From: Auanema rhodensis | Taxonomy: Eukaryota > Animalia > Nematoda | Assembly: GCA_964057225.1 (NCBI GenBank) | Contig: OZ059898.1 | Span: 1,116,001-1,180,000 of the forward strand | Length of the DNA: 64,000 nucleotides | Reading direction: 5' to 3' | Part shown: piece after piece, positions 9,829 through 25,600 of the stretch | Layout: every line of letters begins with the position of its first letter | Numbering within the stretch: position 1 is the stretch's first letter | Notes under the pieces: generated by a model | Databases searched by the model: none | Told to the model about the DNA's origin: nothing | Seen by the model: the letters and a program-made list of their open reading frames with translations, nothing else | Position numbers and translations under genes: made by a program

Positions 9829-12800
9829 GTACATGGAAACTCAACATACACTAATGCATCATTTTTCAAACGATCATAACTAATTTTTGTATTAAGCGTT
9901 TCTCAATGTAGTATAATGCATTCGATGCGGATTTTTAAACTGCGTCGATCTGTGTTATCAGATTTGCGCTAGCTTAAAAATGCACCGAGATATCAACTGA
10001 TATAAGTTCACACTTATATCCTCGATTTTCACCCTGAAGAATTAATTTTTTCGTTGAATAACATTGTCCATCGTCTTTGCCTTGAAAAAAGGAATCTAAA
10101 AACATCTACTTTTTGCTAAATTATTTTGAAATTTTTCGAAAAAATTTTTGTCAAAATGTTTTTGGAAGCAATGTTGAGTGTACATGGAAACTCAACATAC
10201 ACTAATGCATCATTTTTCAAACGATCATAACTAATTTTTGTATTAAGCGTTTCTCAATGTAGTATAGTGCATTTGATGCGGATTTTTAAGCTGCGTCGAT
10301 CTGTGTTATCAGATTTGCGCTAGCTTAAAAATGCACCGAGATATCAACTGATATAAGTTCACACTTATATCCTCGATTTTCACCCTGAAGAATTAATTTT
10401 TTCGTTGAATAACATTGTCCATCGTCTTTGCCTTGAAAAATGGAATCTAAAAACATCTACTTTTTGCTAAATTATTTTGAAATTTTTCGAAACAATTTTT
10501 GTCAAAATGTTTTTGGAAGCAATGTTGAGTGTACATGGAAACTCAACATACACTAATGCATCATTTTTCAAACGATCATAACTAATTTTTGTATTAAGCG
10601 TTTCTCAATGTAGTATAATGCATTCGATGCGGATTTTTAAAATGCGTCGATCTGTGTTATCAGATTTGCGCTAGCTTAAAAATGCACCGAGATATCAACT
10701 GATATAAGTTCACACTTATATCCTCGATTTTCACCCTGAAGAATTAATTTTTTCGTTGAATAACATTGTCCATCGTCTTTGCCTTGAAAAAAGGAATCTA
10801 AAAACATCTACTTTTTGCTAAATTATTTTGAAATTTTTCGAAAAAATTTTTGTCAAAATGTTTTTGGAAGCAATGTTGAGTGTACATGGAAACTCAACAT
10901 ACACTAATGCATCATTTTTCAAACGATCATAACTAATTTTTGTATTAAGCGTTTCTCAATGTAGTATAGTGCATTTGATGCGGATTTTTAAGCTGCGTCG
11001 ATCTGTGTTATCAGATTTGCGCTAGCTTAAAAATGCACCGAGATATCAACTGATATAAGTTCACACTTATATCCTCGATTTTCACCCTGAAGAATTAATT
11101 TTTTCGTTGAATAACATTGTCCATCGTCTTTGCCTTGAAAAAAGGAATCTAAAAACATCTACTTTTTGCTAAATTATTTTGAAATTTTTCGAAAAAATTT
11201 TTGTCAAAATGTTTTTGGAAGCAATGTTGAGTGTACATGGAAACTCAACATACACTAATGCATCATTTTTCAAACGATCATAACTAATTTTTGTATTAAG
11301 CGTTTTTCAATGTAGTATAGTGCATTTGATGCGGATTTTTAAGCTGCGTCGATCTGTGTTATCAGATTTGCGCTAGCTTTAAAATGCACCGAGATATCAA
11401 CTGATATAAGTTCACACTTATATCCTCGATTTTCACCCTGAAGAATTATTTTTTTCGTTGAATAACATTGTCCATCGTCTTTGCCTTGAAAAAAGGAATC
11501 TAAAAACATCTACTTTTTGCTAAATTATTTTGAAATTTTTCGAAACAATTTTTGTCAAAATGTTTTTGGAAGCAATGTTGAGTGTACATGGAAACTCAAC
11601 ATACACTAATGCATCATTTTTCAAACGATCATAACTAATTTTTGTATTAAGCGTTTCTCAATGTAGTATAATGCATTCGATGCGGATTTTTAAACTGCGT
11701 CGATCTGTGTTATCAGATTTGCGCTAGCTTAAAAATGCACCGAGATATCAACTGATATAAGTTCACACTTATATCCTCGATTTTCACCCTGAAGAATTAA
11801 TTTTTTCGTTGAATAACATTGTCCATCGTCTTTGCCTTGAAAAAAGGAATCTAAAAACATCTACTTTTTGCTAAATTATTTTGAAATTTTTCGAAAAAAT
11901 TTTTGTCAAAATGTTTTTGGAAGCAATGTTGAGTGTACATGGAAACTCAACATACACTAATGCATCATTTTTCAAACGATCATAACTAATTTTTGTATTA
12001 AGCGTTTCTCAATGTAGTATAGTGCATTTGATGCGGATTTTTAAGCTGCGTCGATCTGTGTTATCAGATTTGCGCTAGCTTAAAAATGCACCGAGATATC
12101 AACTGATATAAGTTCACACTTATATCCTCGATTTTCACCCTGAAGAATTAATTTTTTCGTTGAATAACATTGTCCATCGTCTTTGCCTTGAAAAATGGAA
12201 TCTAAAAACATCTACTTTTTGCTAAATTATTTTGAAATTTTTCGAAACAATTTTTGTCAAAATGTTTTTGGAAGCAATGTTGAGTGTACATGGAAACTCA
12301 ACATACACTAATGCATCATTTTTCAAACGATCATAACTAATTTTTGTATTAAGCGTTTCTCAATGTAGTATAATGCATTCGATGCGGATTTTTAAAATGC
12401 GTCGATCTGTGTTATCAGATTTGCGCTAGCTTAAAAATGCACCGAGATATCAACTGATATAAGTTCACACTTATATCCTCGATTTTCACCCTGAAGAATT
12501 AATTTTTTCGTTGAATAACATTGTCCATCGTCTTTGCCTTGAAAAAAGGAATCTAAAAACATCTACTTTTTGCTAAATTATTTTGAAATTTTTCGAAAAA
12601 ATTTTTGTCAAAATGTTTTTGGAAGCAATGTTGAGTGTACATGGAAACTCAACATACACTAATGCATCATTTTTCAAACGATCATAACTAATTTTTGTAT
12701 TAAGCGTTTCTCAATGTAGTATAGTGCATTTGATGCGGATTTTTAAGCTGCGTCGATCTGTGTTATCAGATTTGCGCTAGCTTAAAAATGCACCGAGATA

Positions 12801-13338
12801 TCAACTGATATAAGTTCACACTTATATCCTCGATTTTCACCCTGAAGAATTAATTTTTTCGTTGAATAACATTGTCCATCGTCTTTGCCTTGAAAAAAGG
12901 AATCTAAAAACATCTACTTTTTGCTAAATTATTTTGAAATTTTTCGAAAAAATTTTTGTCAAAATGTTTTTGGAAGCAATGTTGAGTGTACATGGAAACT
13001 CAACATACACTAATGCATCATTTTTCAAACGATCATAACTAATTTTTGTATTAAGCGTTTTTCAATGTAGTATAGTGCATTTGATGCGGATTTTTAAGCT
13101 GCGTCGATCTGTGTTATCAGATTTGCGCTAGCTTTAAAATGCACCGAGATATCAACTGATATAAGTTCACACTTATATCCTCGATTTTCACCCTGAAGAA
13201 TTATTTTTTTCGTTGAATAACATTGTCCATCGTCTTTGCCTTGAAAAAAGGAATCTAAAAACATCTACTTTTTGCTAAATTATTTTGAAATTTTTCGAAA
13301 AAATTTTTGTCAAAATGTTTTTGGAAGCAATGTTGAGT
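9829..13338. repeat. 5-monomer duplication (2 x 1755 bp): monomers 29-33 and 34-38
   Basis: A112 (TTAAAATGCG) is in monomers 31 and 36; T74 is in 33 and 38. Confidence 0.85.
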
Positions 13339-13689
13339 GTACATGGAAACTCAACATACACTAATGCATCATTTTTCAAACGATCATAACTAATTTTTGT
13401 ATTAAGCGTTTCTCAATGTAGTATAGTGCATTTGATGCGGATTTTTAAGCTGCGTCGATCTGTGTTATCAGATTTGCGCTAGCTTAAAAATGCACCGAGA
13501 TATCAACTGATATAAGTTCACACTTATATCTTCGATTTTCACCCTGAAGAATTAATTTTTTCGTTGAATAACATTGTCCATCGTCTTTGCCTTGAAAAAT
13601 GGAATCTAAAAACATCTACTTTTTGCTAAATTATTTTGAAATTTTTCGAAACAATTTTTGTCAAAATGTTTTTGGAAGCAATGTTGAGT

Positions 13690-16600
13690 GTACATGGAAA
13701 CTCAACATACACTAATGCATCATTTTTCAAACGATCATAACTAATTTTTGTATTAAGCGTTTCTCAACGTAATATAGTGCATTCGATGCGGATTTTTAAG
13801 CTGCGTCGATCTGTGTTATCAGATTTGCGCTAGCTTAAAAATGCACCGAGATATCAACTGATATAAGTTCACACTTATATCCTCGATTTTCACCCTGAAG
13901 AATTAATTTTTTCGTTGAATAACATTGTCCATCGTCTTTGCCTTGAAAAATGGAATCTAAAAACATCTACTTTTTGCTAAATTATCTAGAAATTTTTCGA
14001 AAAAATTTTTGTCAAAATGTTTTTGGAAGCAATATTGAGTGTACATGGAAACTCAACATACACTAATGCATCATTTTTCAAACGATCATAACTAATTTTT
14101 GTATTAAGCGTTTCTCAATGTAATATAGTGCATTCGATGCGGATTTTTAAGCTGCGTCGATCTGTGTTATCAGATTTGCGCTAGCTTAAAAATGCACCGA
14201 GATATCAACTGATATAAGTTCACACTTATATCCTCGATTTTCACCCTGAAGAATTAATTTTTTCGTTGAATAACATTGTCCATCGTCTTTGCCTTGAAAA
14301 AAGGAATCTAAAAACATCTACTTTTTGCTAAATTATTTTGAAATTTTTCGAAAAAATTTTTGTCAAAATGTTTTTGGAAGCAATGTTGAGTGTACATGGA
14401 AACTCAACATACACTAATGCATCATTTTTCAAACGATCATAACTAATTTTTGTATTAAGCGTTTCTCAATGTAGTATAGTGCATTTGATGCGGATTTTTA
14501 AGCTGCGTCGATCTGTGTTATCAGATTTGCGCTAGCTTAAAAATGCACCGAGATATCAACTGATATAAGTTCACACATATATCCTCGATTTTCACCCTGA
14601 AGAATTAATTTTTTCGTTGAATAACATTGTCCATCGTCTTTGCCTTGAAAAATGGAATCTGAAAACATCTACTTTTTGCTAAATTATTTTGAAATTTTTC
14701 GAAACAATTTTTGTCAAAATGTTTTTGGAAGCAATGTTGAGTGTACATGGAAACTCAACATACACTAATGCATCATTTTTCAAACGATCATAACTAATTT
14801 TTGTATTAAGCGTTTCTCAATGTAATATAGTGCATTCGATGCGGATTTTTAAGCTGCGTCGATCTGTGTTATCAGATTTGCGCTAGCTTAAAAATGCACC
14901 GAGATATCAACTGATATAAGTTCACACTTATATCCTCGATTTTCACCCTGAAGAATTAATTTTTTCGTTGAATAACATTGTCCATCGTCTTTGCCTTGAA
15001 AAAAGGAATCTAAAAACATCTACTTTTTGCTAAATTATTTTGAAATTTTTCGAAAAAATTTTTGTCAAAATGTTTTTGGAAGCAATGTTGAGTGTACATG
15101 GAAACTCAACATACACTAATGCATCATTTTTCAAACGATCATAACTAATTTTTGTATTAAGCGTTTCTCAATGTAGTATAGTGCATTTGATGCGGATTTT
15201 TAAGCTGCGTCGATCTGTGTTATCAGATTTGCGCTAGCTTTGAAATGCACCGAGATATCAACTGATATAAGTTCACACTTATATCCTCGATTTTCACCCT
15301 GAAGAATTAATTTTTTCGTTGAATAACATTGTCCATCGTCTTTGCCTTGAAAAATGGAATCTAAAAACATCTACTTTTTGCTAAATTATCTTGAAATTTT
15401 TCGAAAAAATTTTTGTCAAAATGTTTTTGGAAGCAATGTTGAGTGTACATGGAAACTCAACATACACTAATGCATCATTTTTCAAACGATCATAACTAAT
15501 TTTTGTATTAAGCGTTTCTCAATGTAGTATAGTGCATTTGATGCGGATTTTTAAGCTGCGTCGATCTGTGTTATCAGATTTGCGCTAGCTTAAAAATGCA
15601 CCGAGATATCAACTGATATAAGTTCACACTTATATCCTCGATTTTCACCCTGAAGAATTAATTTTTTCGTTGAATAACATTGTCCATCGTCTTTGCCTTG
15701 AAAAATGGAATCTAAAAACATCTACTTTTTGCTAAATTATCTAGAAATTTTTCGAAAAAATTTTTGTCAAAATGTTTTTGGAAGCAATATTGAGTGTACA
15801 TGGAAACTCAACATACACTAATGCATCATTTTTCAAACGATCATAACTAATTTTTGTATTAAGCGTTTCTCAATGTAATATAGTGCATTCGATGCGGATT
15901 TTTAAGCTGCGTCGATCTGTGTTATCAGATTTGCGCTAGCTTAAAAATGCACCGAGATATCAACTGATATAAGTTCACACTTATATCCTCGATTTTCACC
16001 CTGAAGAATTAATTTTTTCGTTGAATAACATTGTCCATCGTCTTTGCCTTGAAAAAAGGAATCTAAAAACATCTACTTTTTGCTAAATTATTTTGAAATT
16101 TTTCGAAAAAATTTTTGTCAAAATGTTTTTGGAAGCAATGTTGAGTGTACATGGAAACTCAACATACACTAATGCATCATTTTTCAAACGATCATAACTA
16201 ATTTTTGTATTAAGCGTTTCTCAATGTAGTATAGTGCATTTGATGCGGATTTTTAAGCTGCGTCGATCTGTGTTATCAGATTTGCGCTAGCTTAAAAATG
16301 CACCGAGATATCAACTGATATAAGTTCACACATATATCCTCGATTTTCACCCTGAAGAATTAATTTTTTCGTTGAATAACATTGTCCATCGTCTTTGCCT
16401 TGAAAAATGGAATCTGAAAACATCTACTTTTTGCTAAATTATTTTGAAATTTTTCGAAACAATTTTTGTCAAAATGTTTTTGGAAGCAATGTTGAGTGTA
16501 CATGGAAACTCAACATACACTAATGCATCATTTTTCAAACGATCATAACTAATTTTTGTATTAAGCGTTTCTCAATGTAATATAGTGCATTCGATGCGGA

Positions 16601-19600
16601 TTTTTAAGCTGCGTCGATCTGTGTTATCAGATTTGCGCTAGCTTAAAAATGCACCGAGATATCAACTGATATAAGTTCACACTTATATCCTCGATTTTCA
16701 CCCTGAAGAATTAATTTTTTCGTTGAATAACATTGTCCATCGTCTTTGCCTTGAAAAAAGGAATCTAAAAACATCTACTTTTTGCTAAATTATTTTGAAA
16801 TTTTTCGAAAAAATTTTTGTCAAAATGTTTTTGGAAGCAATGTTGAGTGTACATGGAAACTCAACATACACTAATGCATCATTTTTCAAACGATCATAAC
16901 TAATTTTTGTATTAAGCGTTTCTCAATGTAGTATAGTGCATTTGATGCGGATTTTTAAGCTGCGTCGATCTGTGTTATCAGATTTGCGCTAGCTTTGAAA
17001 TGCACCGAGATATCAACTGATATAAGTTCACACTTATATCCTCGATTTTCACCCTGAAGAATTAATTTTTTCGTTGAATAACATTGTCCATCGTCTTTGC
17101 CTTGAAAAATGGAATCTAAAAACATCTACTTTTTGCTAAATTATCTTGAAATTTTTCGAAAAAATTTTTGTCAAAATGTTTTTGGAAGCAATGTTGAGTG
17201 TACATGGAAACTCAACATACACTAATGCATCATTTTTCAAACGATCATAACTAATTTTTGTATTAAGCGTTTCTCAATGTAGTATAGTGCATTTGATGCG
17301 GATTTTTAAGCTGCGTCGATCTGTGTTATCAGATTTGCGCTAGCTTTAAAATGCACCGAGATATCAACTGATATAAGTTCACACTTATATCCTCGATTTT
17401 CACCCTGAAGAATTAATTTTTTCGTTGAATAACATTGTCCATCGTCTTTGCCTTGAAAAATGGAATCTAAAAACATCTACTTTTTGCTAAATTATCTTGA
17501 AATTTTTCGAAAAAATTTTTGTCAAAATGTTTTTGGAAGCAATGTTGAGTGTACATGGAAACTCAACATACACTAATGCATCATTTTTCAAACGATCATA
17601 ACTAATTTTTGTATTAAGCGTTTCTCAATGTAATATAGTGCATTCGATGCGGATTTTTAAGCTGCGTCGATCTGTGTTATCAGATTTGAGCTAGCTTAAA
17701 AATGCACCGAGATATCGACTGATATAAGTTCACACTTATATCCTCGATTTTCACCCTGAAGAATTAATTTTTTCGTTGAATAACATTGTCCATCGTCTTT
17801 GCCTTGAAAAATGGAATCTAAAAACATCTACTTTTTGCTAAATTATCTTGAAATTTTTCGAAAAAATTTTTGTCAAAATGTTTTTGGAAGCAATGTTGAG
17901 TGTACATGGAAACTCAACATACACTAATGCATCATTTTTCAAACGATCATAACTAATTTTTGTATTAAGCGTTTCTCAACGTAATATAGTGCATTCGATG
18001 CGGATTTTTAAGCTGCGTCGATCTGTGTTATCAGATTTGCGCTAGCTTAAAAATGCACCGAGATATCAACTGATATAAGTTCACACTTATATCCTCGATT
18101 TTCACCCTGAAGAATTAATTTTTTCGTTGAATAACATTGTCCATCGTCTTTGCCTTGAAAAATGGAATCTAAAAACATCTACTTTTTGCTAAATTATCTA
18201 GAAATTTTTCGAAAAAATTTTTGTCAAAATGTTTTTGGAAGCAATATTGAGTGTACATGGAAACTCAACATACACTAATGCATCATTTTTCAAACGATCA
18301 TAACTAATTTTTGTATTAAGCGTTTCTCAATGTAATATAGTGCATTCGATGCGGATTTTTAAGCTGCGTCGATCTGTGTTATCAGATTTGCGCTAGCTTA
18401 AAAATGCACCGAGATATCAACTGATATAAGTTCACACTTATATCCTCGATTTTCACCCTGAAGAATTAATTTTTTCGTTGAATAACATTGTCCATCGTCT
18501 TTGCCTTGAAAAAAGGAATCTAAAAACATCTACTTTTTGCTAAATTATTTTGAAATTTTTCGAAAAAATTTTTGTCAAAATGTTTTTGGAAGCAATGTTG
18601 AGTGTACATGGAAACTCAACATACACTAATGCATCATTTTTCAAACGATCATAACTAATTTTTGTATTAAGCGTTTCTCAATGTAGTATAGTGCATTTGA
18701 TGCGGATTTTTAAGCTGCGTCGATCTGTGTTATCAGATTTGCGCTAGCTTTAAAATGCACCGAGATATCAACTGATATAAGTTCACACTTATATCCTCGA
18801 TTTTCACCCTGAAGAATTAATTTTTTCGTTGAATAACATTGTCCATCGTCTTTGCCTTGAAAAATGGAATCTAAAAACATCTACTTTTTGCTAAATTATC
18901 TTGAAATTTTTCGAAAAAATTTTTGTCAAAATGTTTTTGGAAGCAATGTTGAGTGTACATGGAAACTCAACATACACTAATGCATCATTTTTCAAACGAT
19001 CATAACTAATTTTTGTATTAAGCGTTTCTCAATGTAGTATAGTGCATTTGATGCGGATTTTTAAGCTGCGTCGATCTGTGTTATCAGATTTGCGCTAGCT
19101 TTAAAATGCACCGAGATATCAACTGATATAAGTTCACACTTATATCCTCGATTTTCACCCTGAAGAATTAATTTTTTCGTTGAATAACATTGTCCATCGT
19201 CTTTGCCTTGAAAAATGGAATCTAAAAACATCTACTTTTTGCTAAATTATCTAGAAATTTTTCGAAAAAATTTTTGTCAAAATGTTTTTGGAAGCAATAT
19301 TGAGTGTACATGGAAACTCAACATACACTAATGCATCATTTTTCAAACGATCATAACTAATTTTTGTATTAAGCGTTTCTCAATGTAATATAGTGCATTC
19401 GATGCGGATTTTTAAGCTGCGTCGATCTGTGTTATCAGATTTGCGCTAGCTTAAAAATGCACCGAGATATCAACTGATATAAGTTCACACTTATATCCTC
19501 GATTTTCACCCTGAAGAATTAATTTTTTCGTTGAATAACATTGTCCATCGTCTTTGCCTTGAAAAAAGGAATCTAAAAACATCTACTTTTTGCTAAATTA

Positions 19601-22600
19601 TTTTGAAATTTTTCGAAAAAATTTTTGTCAAAATGTTTTTGGAAGCAATGTTGAGTGTACATGGAAACTCAACATACACTAATGCATCATTTTTCAAACG
19701 ATCATAACTAATTTTTGTATTAAGCGTTTCTCAATGTAGTATAGTGCATTTGATGCGGATTTTTAAGCTGCGTCGATCTGTGTTATCAGATTTGCGCTAG
19801 CTTTAAAATGCACCGAGATATCAACTGATATAAGTTCACACTTATATCCTCGATTTTCACCCTGAAGAATTAATTTTTTCGTTGAATAACATTGTCCATC
19901 GTCTTTGCCTTGAAAAATGGAATCTAAAAACATCTACTTTTTGCTAAATTATCTTGAAATTTTTCGAAAAAATTTTTGTCAAAATGTTTTTGGAAGCAAT
20001 GTTGAGTGTACATGGAAACTCAACATACACTAATGCATCATTTTTCAAACGATCATAACTAATTTTTGTATTAAGCGTTTCTCAATGTAGTATAGTGCAT
20101 TTGATGCGGATTTTTAAGCTGCGTCGATCTGTGTTATCAGATTTGCGCTAGCTTTAAAATGCACCGAGATATCAACTGATATAAGTTCACACTTATATCC
20201 TCGATTTTCACCCTGAAGAATTAATTTTTTCGTTGAATAACATTGTCCATCGTCTTTGCCTTGAAAAATGGAATCTAAAAACATCTACTTTTTGCTAAAT
20301 TATCTTGAAATTTTTCGAAAAAATTTTTGTCAAAATGTTTTTGGAAGCAATGTTGAGTGTACATGGAAACTCAACATACACTAATGCATCATTTTTCAAA
20401 CGATCATAACTAATTTTTGTATTAAGCGTTTCTCAATGTAATATAGTGCATTCGATGCGGATTTTTAAGCTGCGTCGATCTGTGTTATCAGATTTGAGCT
20501 AGCTTAAAAATGCACCGAGATATCGACTGATATAAGTTCACACTTATATCCTCGATTTTCACCCTGAAGAATTAATTTTTTCGTTGAATAACATTGTCCA
20601 TCGTCTTTGCCTTGAAAAATGGAATTTAAAAACATCTACTTTTTGCTAAATTATCTTGAAATTTTTCGAAAAAATTTTTGTCAAAATGTTTTTGGAAGCA
20701 ATGTTGAGTGTACATGGAAACTCAACATACACTAATGCATCATTTTTCAAACGATCATAACTAATTTTTGTATTAAGCGTTTCTCAACGTAATATAGTGC
20801 ATTCGATGCGGATTTTTAAGCTGCGTCGATCTGTGTTATCAGATTTGCGCTAGCTTAAAAATGCACCGAGATATCAACTGATATAAGTTCACACTTATAT
20901 CCTCGATTTTCACCCTGAAGAATTAATTTTTTCGTTGAATAACATTGTCCATCGTCTTTGCCTTGAAAAATGGAATCTAAAAACATCTACTTTTTGCTAA
21001 ATTATCTAGAAATTTTTCGAAAAAATTTTTGTCAAAATGTTTTTGGAAGCAATATTGAGTGTACATGGAAACTCAACATACACTAATGCATCATTTTTCA
21101 AACGATCATAACTAATTTTTGTATTAAGCGTTTCTCAATGTAATATAGTGCATTCGATGCGGATTTTTAAGCTGCGTCGATCTGTGTTATCAGATTTGCG
21201 CTAGCTTTAAAATGCACCGAGATATCAACTGATATAAGTTCACACTTATATCCTCGATTTTCACCCTGAAGAATTAATTTTTTCGTTGAATAACATTGTC
21301 CATCGTCTTTGCCTTGAAAAATGGAATCTAAAAACATCTACTTTTTGCTAAATTATCTAGAAATTTTTCGAAAAAATTTTTGTCAAAATGTTTTTGGAAG
21401 CAATATTGAGTGTACATGGAAACTCAACATACACTAATGCATCATTTTTCAAACGATCATAACTAATTTTTGTATTAAGCGTTTCTCAATGTAATATAGT
21501 GCATTCGATGCGGATTTTTAAGCTGCGTCGATCTGTGTTATCAGATTTGCGCTAGCTTTAAAATGCACCGAGATATCAACTGATATAAGTTCACACTTAT
21601 ATCCTCGATTTTCACCCTGAAGAATTATTTTTTTCGTTGAATAACATTGTCCATCGTCTTTGCCTTGAAAAAAGGAATCTAAAAACATCTACTTTTTGCT
21701 AAATTATTTTGAAATTTTTCGAAAAAATTTTTGTCAAAATGTTTTTGGAAGCAATGTTGAGTGTACATGGAAACTCAACATACACTAATGCATCATTTTT
21801 CAAACGATCATAACTAATTTTTGTATTAAGCGTTTCTCAATGTAGTATAGTGCATTTGATGCGGATTTTTAAGCTGCGTCGATCTGTGTTATCAGATTTG
21901 CGCTAGCTTAAAAATGCACCGAGATATCAACTGATATAAGTTCACACTTATATCTTCGATTTTCACCCTGAAGAATTAATTTTTTCGTTGAATAACATTG
22001 TCCATCGTCTTTGCCTTGAAAAATGGAATCTAAAAACATCTACTTTTTGCTAAATTATTTTGAAATTTTTCGAAACAATTTTTGTCAAAATGTTTTTGGA
22101 AGCAATGTTGAGTGTACATGGAAACTCAACATACACTAATGCATCATTTTTCAAACGATCATAACTAATTTTTGTATTAAGCGTTTCTCAACGTAATATA
22201 GTGCATTCGATGCGGATTTTTAAGCTGCGTCGATCTGTGTTATCAGATTTGCGCTAGCTTAAAAATGCACCGAGATATCAACTGATATAAGTTCACACTT
22301 ATATCCTCGATTTTCACCCTGAAGAATTATTTTTTTCGTTGAATAACATTGTCCATCGTCTTTGCCTTGAAAAATGGAATCTAAAAACATCTACTTTTTG
22401 CTAAATTATCTAGAAATTTTTCGAAAAAATTTTTGTCAAAATGTTTTTGGAAGCAATATTGAGTGTACATGGAAACTCAACATACACTAATGCATCATTT
22501 TTCAAACGATCATAACTAATTTTTGTATTAAGCGTTTCTCAATGTAATATAGTGCATTCGATGCGGATTTTTAAGCTGCGTCGATCTGTGTTATCAGATT

Positions 22601-25600
22601 TGCGCTAGCTTAAAAATGCACCGAGATATCAACTGATATAAGTTCACACTTATATCCTCGATTTTCACCCTGAAGAATTAATTTTTTCGTTGAATAACAT
22701 TGTCCATCGTCTTTGCCTTGAAAAAAGGAATCTAAAAACATCTACTTTTTGCTAAATTATTTTGAAATTTTTCGAAAAAATTTTTGTCAAAATGTTTTTG
22801 GAAGCAATGTTGAGTGTACATGGAAACTCAACATACACTAATGCATCATTTTTCAAACGATCATAACTAATTTTTGTATTAAGCGTTTCTCAATGTAGTA
22901 TAGTGCATTTGATGCGGATTTTTAAGCTGCGTCGATCTGTGTTATCAGATTTGCGCTAGCTTAAAAATGCACCGAGATATCAACTGATATAAGTTCACAC
23001 ATATATCCTCGATTTTCACCCTGAAGAATTAATTTTTTCGTTGAATAACATTGTCCATCGTCTTTGCCTTGAAAAATGGAATCTGAAAACATCTACTTTT
23101 TGCTAAATTATTTTGAAATTTTTCGAAACAATTTTTGTCAAAATGTTTTTGGAAGCAATGTTGAGTGTACATGGAAACTCAACATACACTAATGCATCAT
23201 TTTTCAAACGATCATAACTAATTTTTGTATTAAGCGTTTCTCAACGTAATATAGTGCATTCGATGCGGATTTTTAAGCTGCGTCGATCTGTGTTATCAGA
23301 TTTGCGCTAGCTTAAAAATGCACCGAGATATAAACTGATATAAGTTCACACTTATATCCTCGATTTTCACCCTGAAGAATTAATTTTTTCGTTGAATAAC
23401 ATTGTCCATCGTCTTTGCCTTGAAAAATGGAATCTAAAAACATCTACTTTTTGCTAAATTATCTTGAAATTTTTCGAAAAAATTTTTGTCAAAATGTTTT
23501 TGGAAGCAATGTTGAGTGTACATGGAAACTCAACATACACTAATGCATCATTTTTCAAACGATCATAACTAATTTTTGTATTAAGCGTTTCTCAATGTAG
23601 TATAGTGCATTTGATGCGGATTTTTAAGCTGCGTCGATCTGTGTTATCAGATTTGCGCTAGCTTTAAAATGCACCGAGATATCAACTGATATAAGTTCAC
23701 ACTTATATCCTCGATTTTCACCCTGAAGAATTAATTTTTTCGTTGAATAACATTGTCCATCGTCTTTGCCTTGAAAAATGGAATCTAAAAACATCTACTT
23801 TTTGCTAAATTATCTTGAAATTTTTCGAAAAAATTTTTGTCAAAATGTTTTTGGAAGCAATGTTGAGTGTACATGGAAACTCAACATACACTAATGCATC
23901 ATTTTTCAAACGATCATAACTAATTTTTGTATTAAGCGTTTTTCAATGTAATATAGTGCATTCGATGCGGATTTTTAAGCTGCGTCGATCTGTGTTATCA
24001 GATTTGAGCTAGCTTAAAAATGCACCGAGATATCGACTGATATAAGTTCACACTTATATCCTCGATTTTCACCCTGAAGAATTAATTTTTTCGTTGAATA
24101 ACATTGTCCATCGTCTTTGCCTTGAAAAATGGAATCTAAAAACATCTACTTTTTGCTAAATTATCTTGAAATTTTTCGAAAAAATTTTTGTCAAAATGTT
24201 TTTGGAAGCAATGTTGAGTGTACATGGAAACTCAACATACACTAATGCATCATTTTTCAAACGATCATAACTAATTTTTGTATTAAGCGTTTTTCAATGT
24301 AATATAGTGCATTCGATGCGGATTTTTAAGCTGCGTCGATCTGTGTTATCAGATTTGAGCTAGCTTAAAAATGCACCGAGATATCGACTGATATAAGTTC
24401 ACACTTATATCCTCGATTTTCACCCTGAAGAATTAATTTTTTCGTTGAATAACATTGTCCATCGTCTTTGCCTTGAAAAATGGAATCTAAAAACATCTAC
24501 TTTTTGCTAAATTATCTTGAAATTTTTCGAAAAAATTTTTGTCAAAATGTTTTTGGAAGCAATGTTGAGTGTACATGGAAACTCAACATACACTAATGCA
24601 TCATTTTTCAAACGATCATAACTAATTTTTGTATTAAGCGTTTCTCAACGTAATATAGTGCATTCGATGCGGATTTTTAAGCTGCGTCGATCTGTGTTAT
24701 CAGATTTGCGCTAGCTTAAAAATGCACCGAGATATCAACTGATATAAGTTCACACTTATATCCTCGATTTTCACCCTGAAGAATTAATTTTTTCGTTGAA
24801 TAACATTGTCCATCGTCTTTGCCTTGAAAAATGGAATCTAAAAACATCTACTTTTTGCTAAATTATCTAGAAATTTTTCGAAAAAATTTTTGTCAAAATG
24901 TTTTTGGAAGCAATATTGAGTGTACATGGAAACTCAACATACACTAATGCATCATTTTTCAAACGATCATAACTAATTTTTGTATTAAGCGTTTCTCAAT
25001 GTAATATAGTGCATTCGATGCGGATTTTTAAGCTGCGTCGATCTGTGTTATCAGATTTGCGCTAGCTTAAAAATGCACCGAGATATCAACTGATATAAGT
25101 TCACACTTATATCCTCGATTTTCACCCTGAAGAATTAATTTTTTCGTTGAATAACATTGTCCATCGTCTTTGCCTTGAAAAAAGGAATCTAAAAACATCT
25201 ACTTTTTGCTAAATTATTTTGAAATTTTTCGAAAAAATTTTTGTCAAAATGTTTTTGGAAGCAATGTTGAGTGTACATGGAAACTCAACATACACTAATG
25301 CATCATTTTTCAAACGATCATAACTAATTTTTGTATTAAGCGTTTCTCAATGTAGTATAGTGCATTTGATGCGGATTTTTAAGCTGCGTCGATCTGTGTT
25401 ATCAGATTTGCGCTAGCTTTAAAATGCACCGAGATATCAACTGATATAAGTTCACACTTATATCCTCGATTTTCACCCTGAAGAATTAATTTTTTCGTTG
25501 AATAACATTGTCCATCGTCTTTGCCTTGAAAAATGGAATCTAAAAACATCTACTTTTTGCTAAATTATCTTGAAATTTTTCGAAAAAATTTTTGTCAAAA

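Larger units (their letters stand above)
1..13689. repeat. Variant domain I (monomers 1-39)
   Basis: Linked A88+A111 (TATAATGC...TTAAACTG) occurs only here, last in monomer 36. T193+T262+C314 and T148+T217 monomer types are frequent. Confidence 0.85.
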
